The notes under the pieces: generated by a model | Seen by the model: only the letters and a program-made list of their open reading frames with translations | The model's database searches: none | Told to the model about the DNA's origin: nothing | Shown: piece after piece, positions 42,430-42,655 of the stretch | How positions within the stretch are numbered: the stretch's first letter is position 1 | Layout: every line of letters begins with the position of its first letter | DNA from: an uncultured Pseudomonadota bacterium | Lineage (GTDB): Bacteria; Babelota; Babeliae; Babelales; CAZZPM01 | DNA length: 42,655 nucleotides | Assembly (NCBI GenBank): GCA_964655535.1 | Contig: CAZZPM010000001.1 | Span: forward strand, 1 to 42,655 | Direction of reading: 5' to 3' | Position numbers and translations under genes: made by a program

Positions 42430-42655
42430 GTTTTTTGTCCTCGCGCTGTTGGTTGAGAGCTGATCGCGGTTTTTCGCTTGAGATATTCTTTTTGTATGTC
42501 GCCCTCTTGTTGATCGAGTGATTCAATTAATGCACGCATTCTTTTTTGTTGCAAGGTTTCTTTTTTTTGTTGATCTTGAGCTTCATGCTCAAGATCAACT
42601 GATTTTTCTTCTGCAGCGCTTTCTTCTGCTTTTTTTGCTTCTTGTTCTTTTTCTT
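42423..42655 (-). CDS. 3' end of an upstream CDS (Glu/Lys/Gln-rich coiled-coil C-terminus; possibly another Bat-operon protein)
   Basis: Own translation of the minus strand: ...EKEQEAKKAEESAAEEKSVDLEHEAQDQQKKETLQQKRMRALIESLDQQEGDIQKEYLKRKTAISSQPTARGQKTW-stop. The frame is open to the window edge, and its TAA (42423-42425) overlaps the BatD-like start by 7 nt. Confidence 0.4.
   Translation of the reverse strand, partial: EKEQEAKKAEESAAEEKSVDLEHEAQDQQKKETLQQKRMRALIESLDQQEGDIQKEYLKRKTAISSQPTARGQKTW

Noticed and set aside
42266-42526. 86-aa minus-strand ORF spanning the BatD-like start
   Set aside because: It is out of frame with both real reading frames. The region is better explained by the BatD-like start (ATG 42429) and by the upstream partial CDS that ends at 42423.
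1-42655. Mobile element, prophage or defence island (looked for integrases, transposases, inverted terminal repeats, toxin-antitoxin pairs, restriction-modification systems and reverse transcriptases)
   Set aside because: No ORF shows the corresponding motifs. Gene content is housekeeping, envelope or secreted-protein coding, and I saw no flanking direct repeats or tRNA-linked junctions.

Overview
AT-rich, gene-dense bacterial chromosomal window using the standard code (TAA/TAG stops, AGGAG-type RBSs before several genes). I support about 31 protein-coding genes. I found no rRNA, tRNA, CRISPR array, transposase, integrase or phage gene by eye. lpxK, mltA, murA/dapF and two secretins indicate a diderm. 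The AT bias, Lys-rich protein tails and eukaryote-type domains fit a host-associated, reduced-genome lineage such as Dependentiae/TM6, but that is only an inference. Minus-strand block on the left: tyrS (partial), M50 protease, murA, dapF-like, a polytopic transporter, mltA-like, a 1539-aa secreted mosaic protein, a 301-aa secreted protein, a C11 clostripain-like peptidase and a short comEC. A plus-strand block follows: eno, a Cys-rich acidic protein, a ferredoxin, an acyl-CoA ligase, a CNNM/CorC protein and TraB/GumN. A second minus-strand block (21.3-32.5 kb) encodes lepB, moxR and a tightly coupled cluster: GspC-like, secretin A, PilM-PilN-like fusion, PilO/GspM-like, secretin B. The right side carries udg (family 4), a 778-bp non-coding gap, nusA-infB, lpxK, a GT4 HexNAc-1-P transferase, a BatD-TPR-SH3 fusion and a partial upstream CDS. 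Three items deserve most attention. (1) The two-secretin cluster has no ATPase, platform or pilin gene in its operon or anywhere in the window. (2) The giant protein combines tectonin-like blades, three farnesoic-acid-methyltransferase-N-like domains and a glycine-zipper segment. (3) The udg-nusA gap holds ten DnaA-box-like 9-mers in phased arrays plus a 49-nt pure A/T tract, and gene orientation flips there, so it is a candidate oriC with no dnaA nearby. All domain calls rest on motif recognition from memory; no searches or computations were run.
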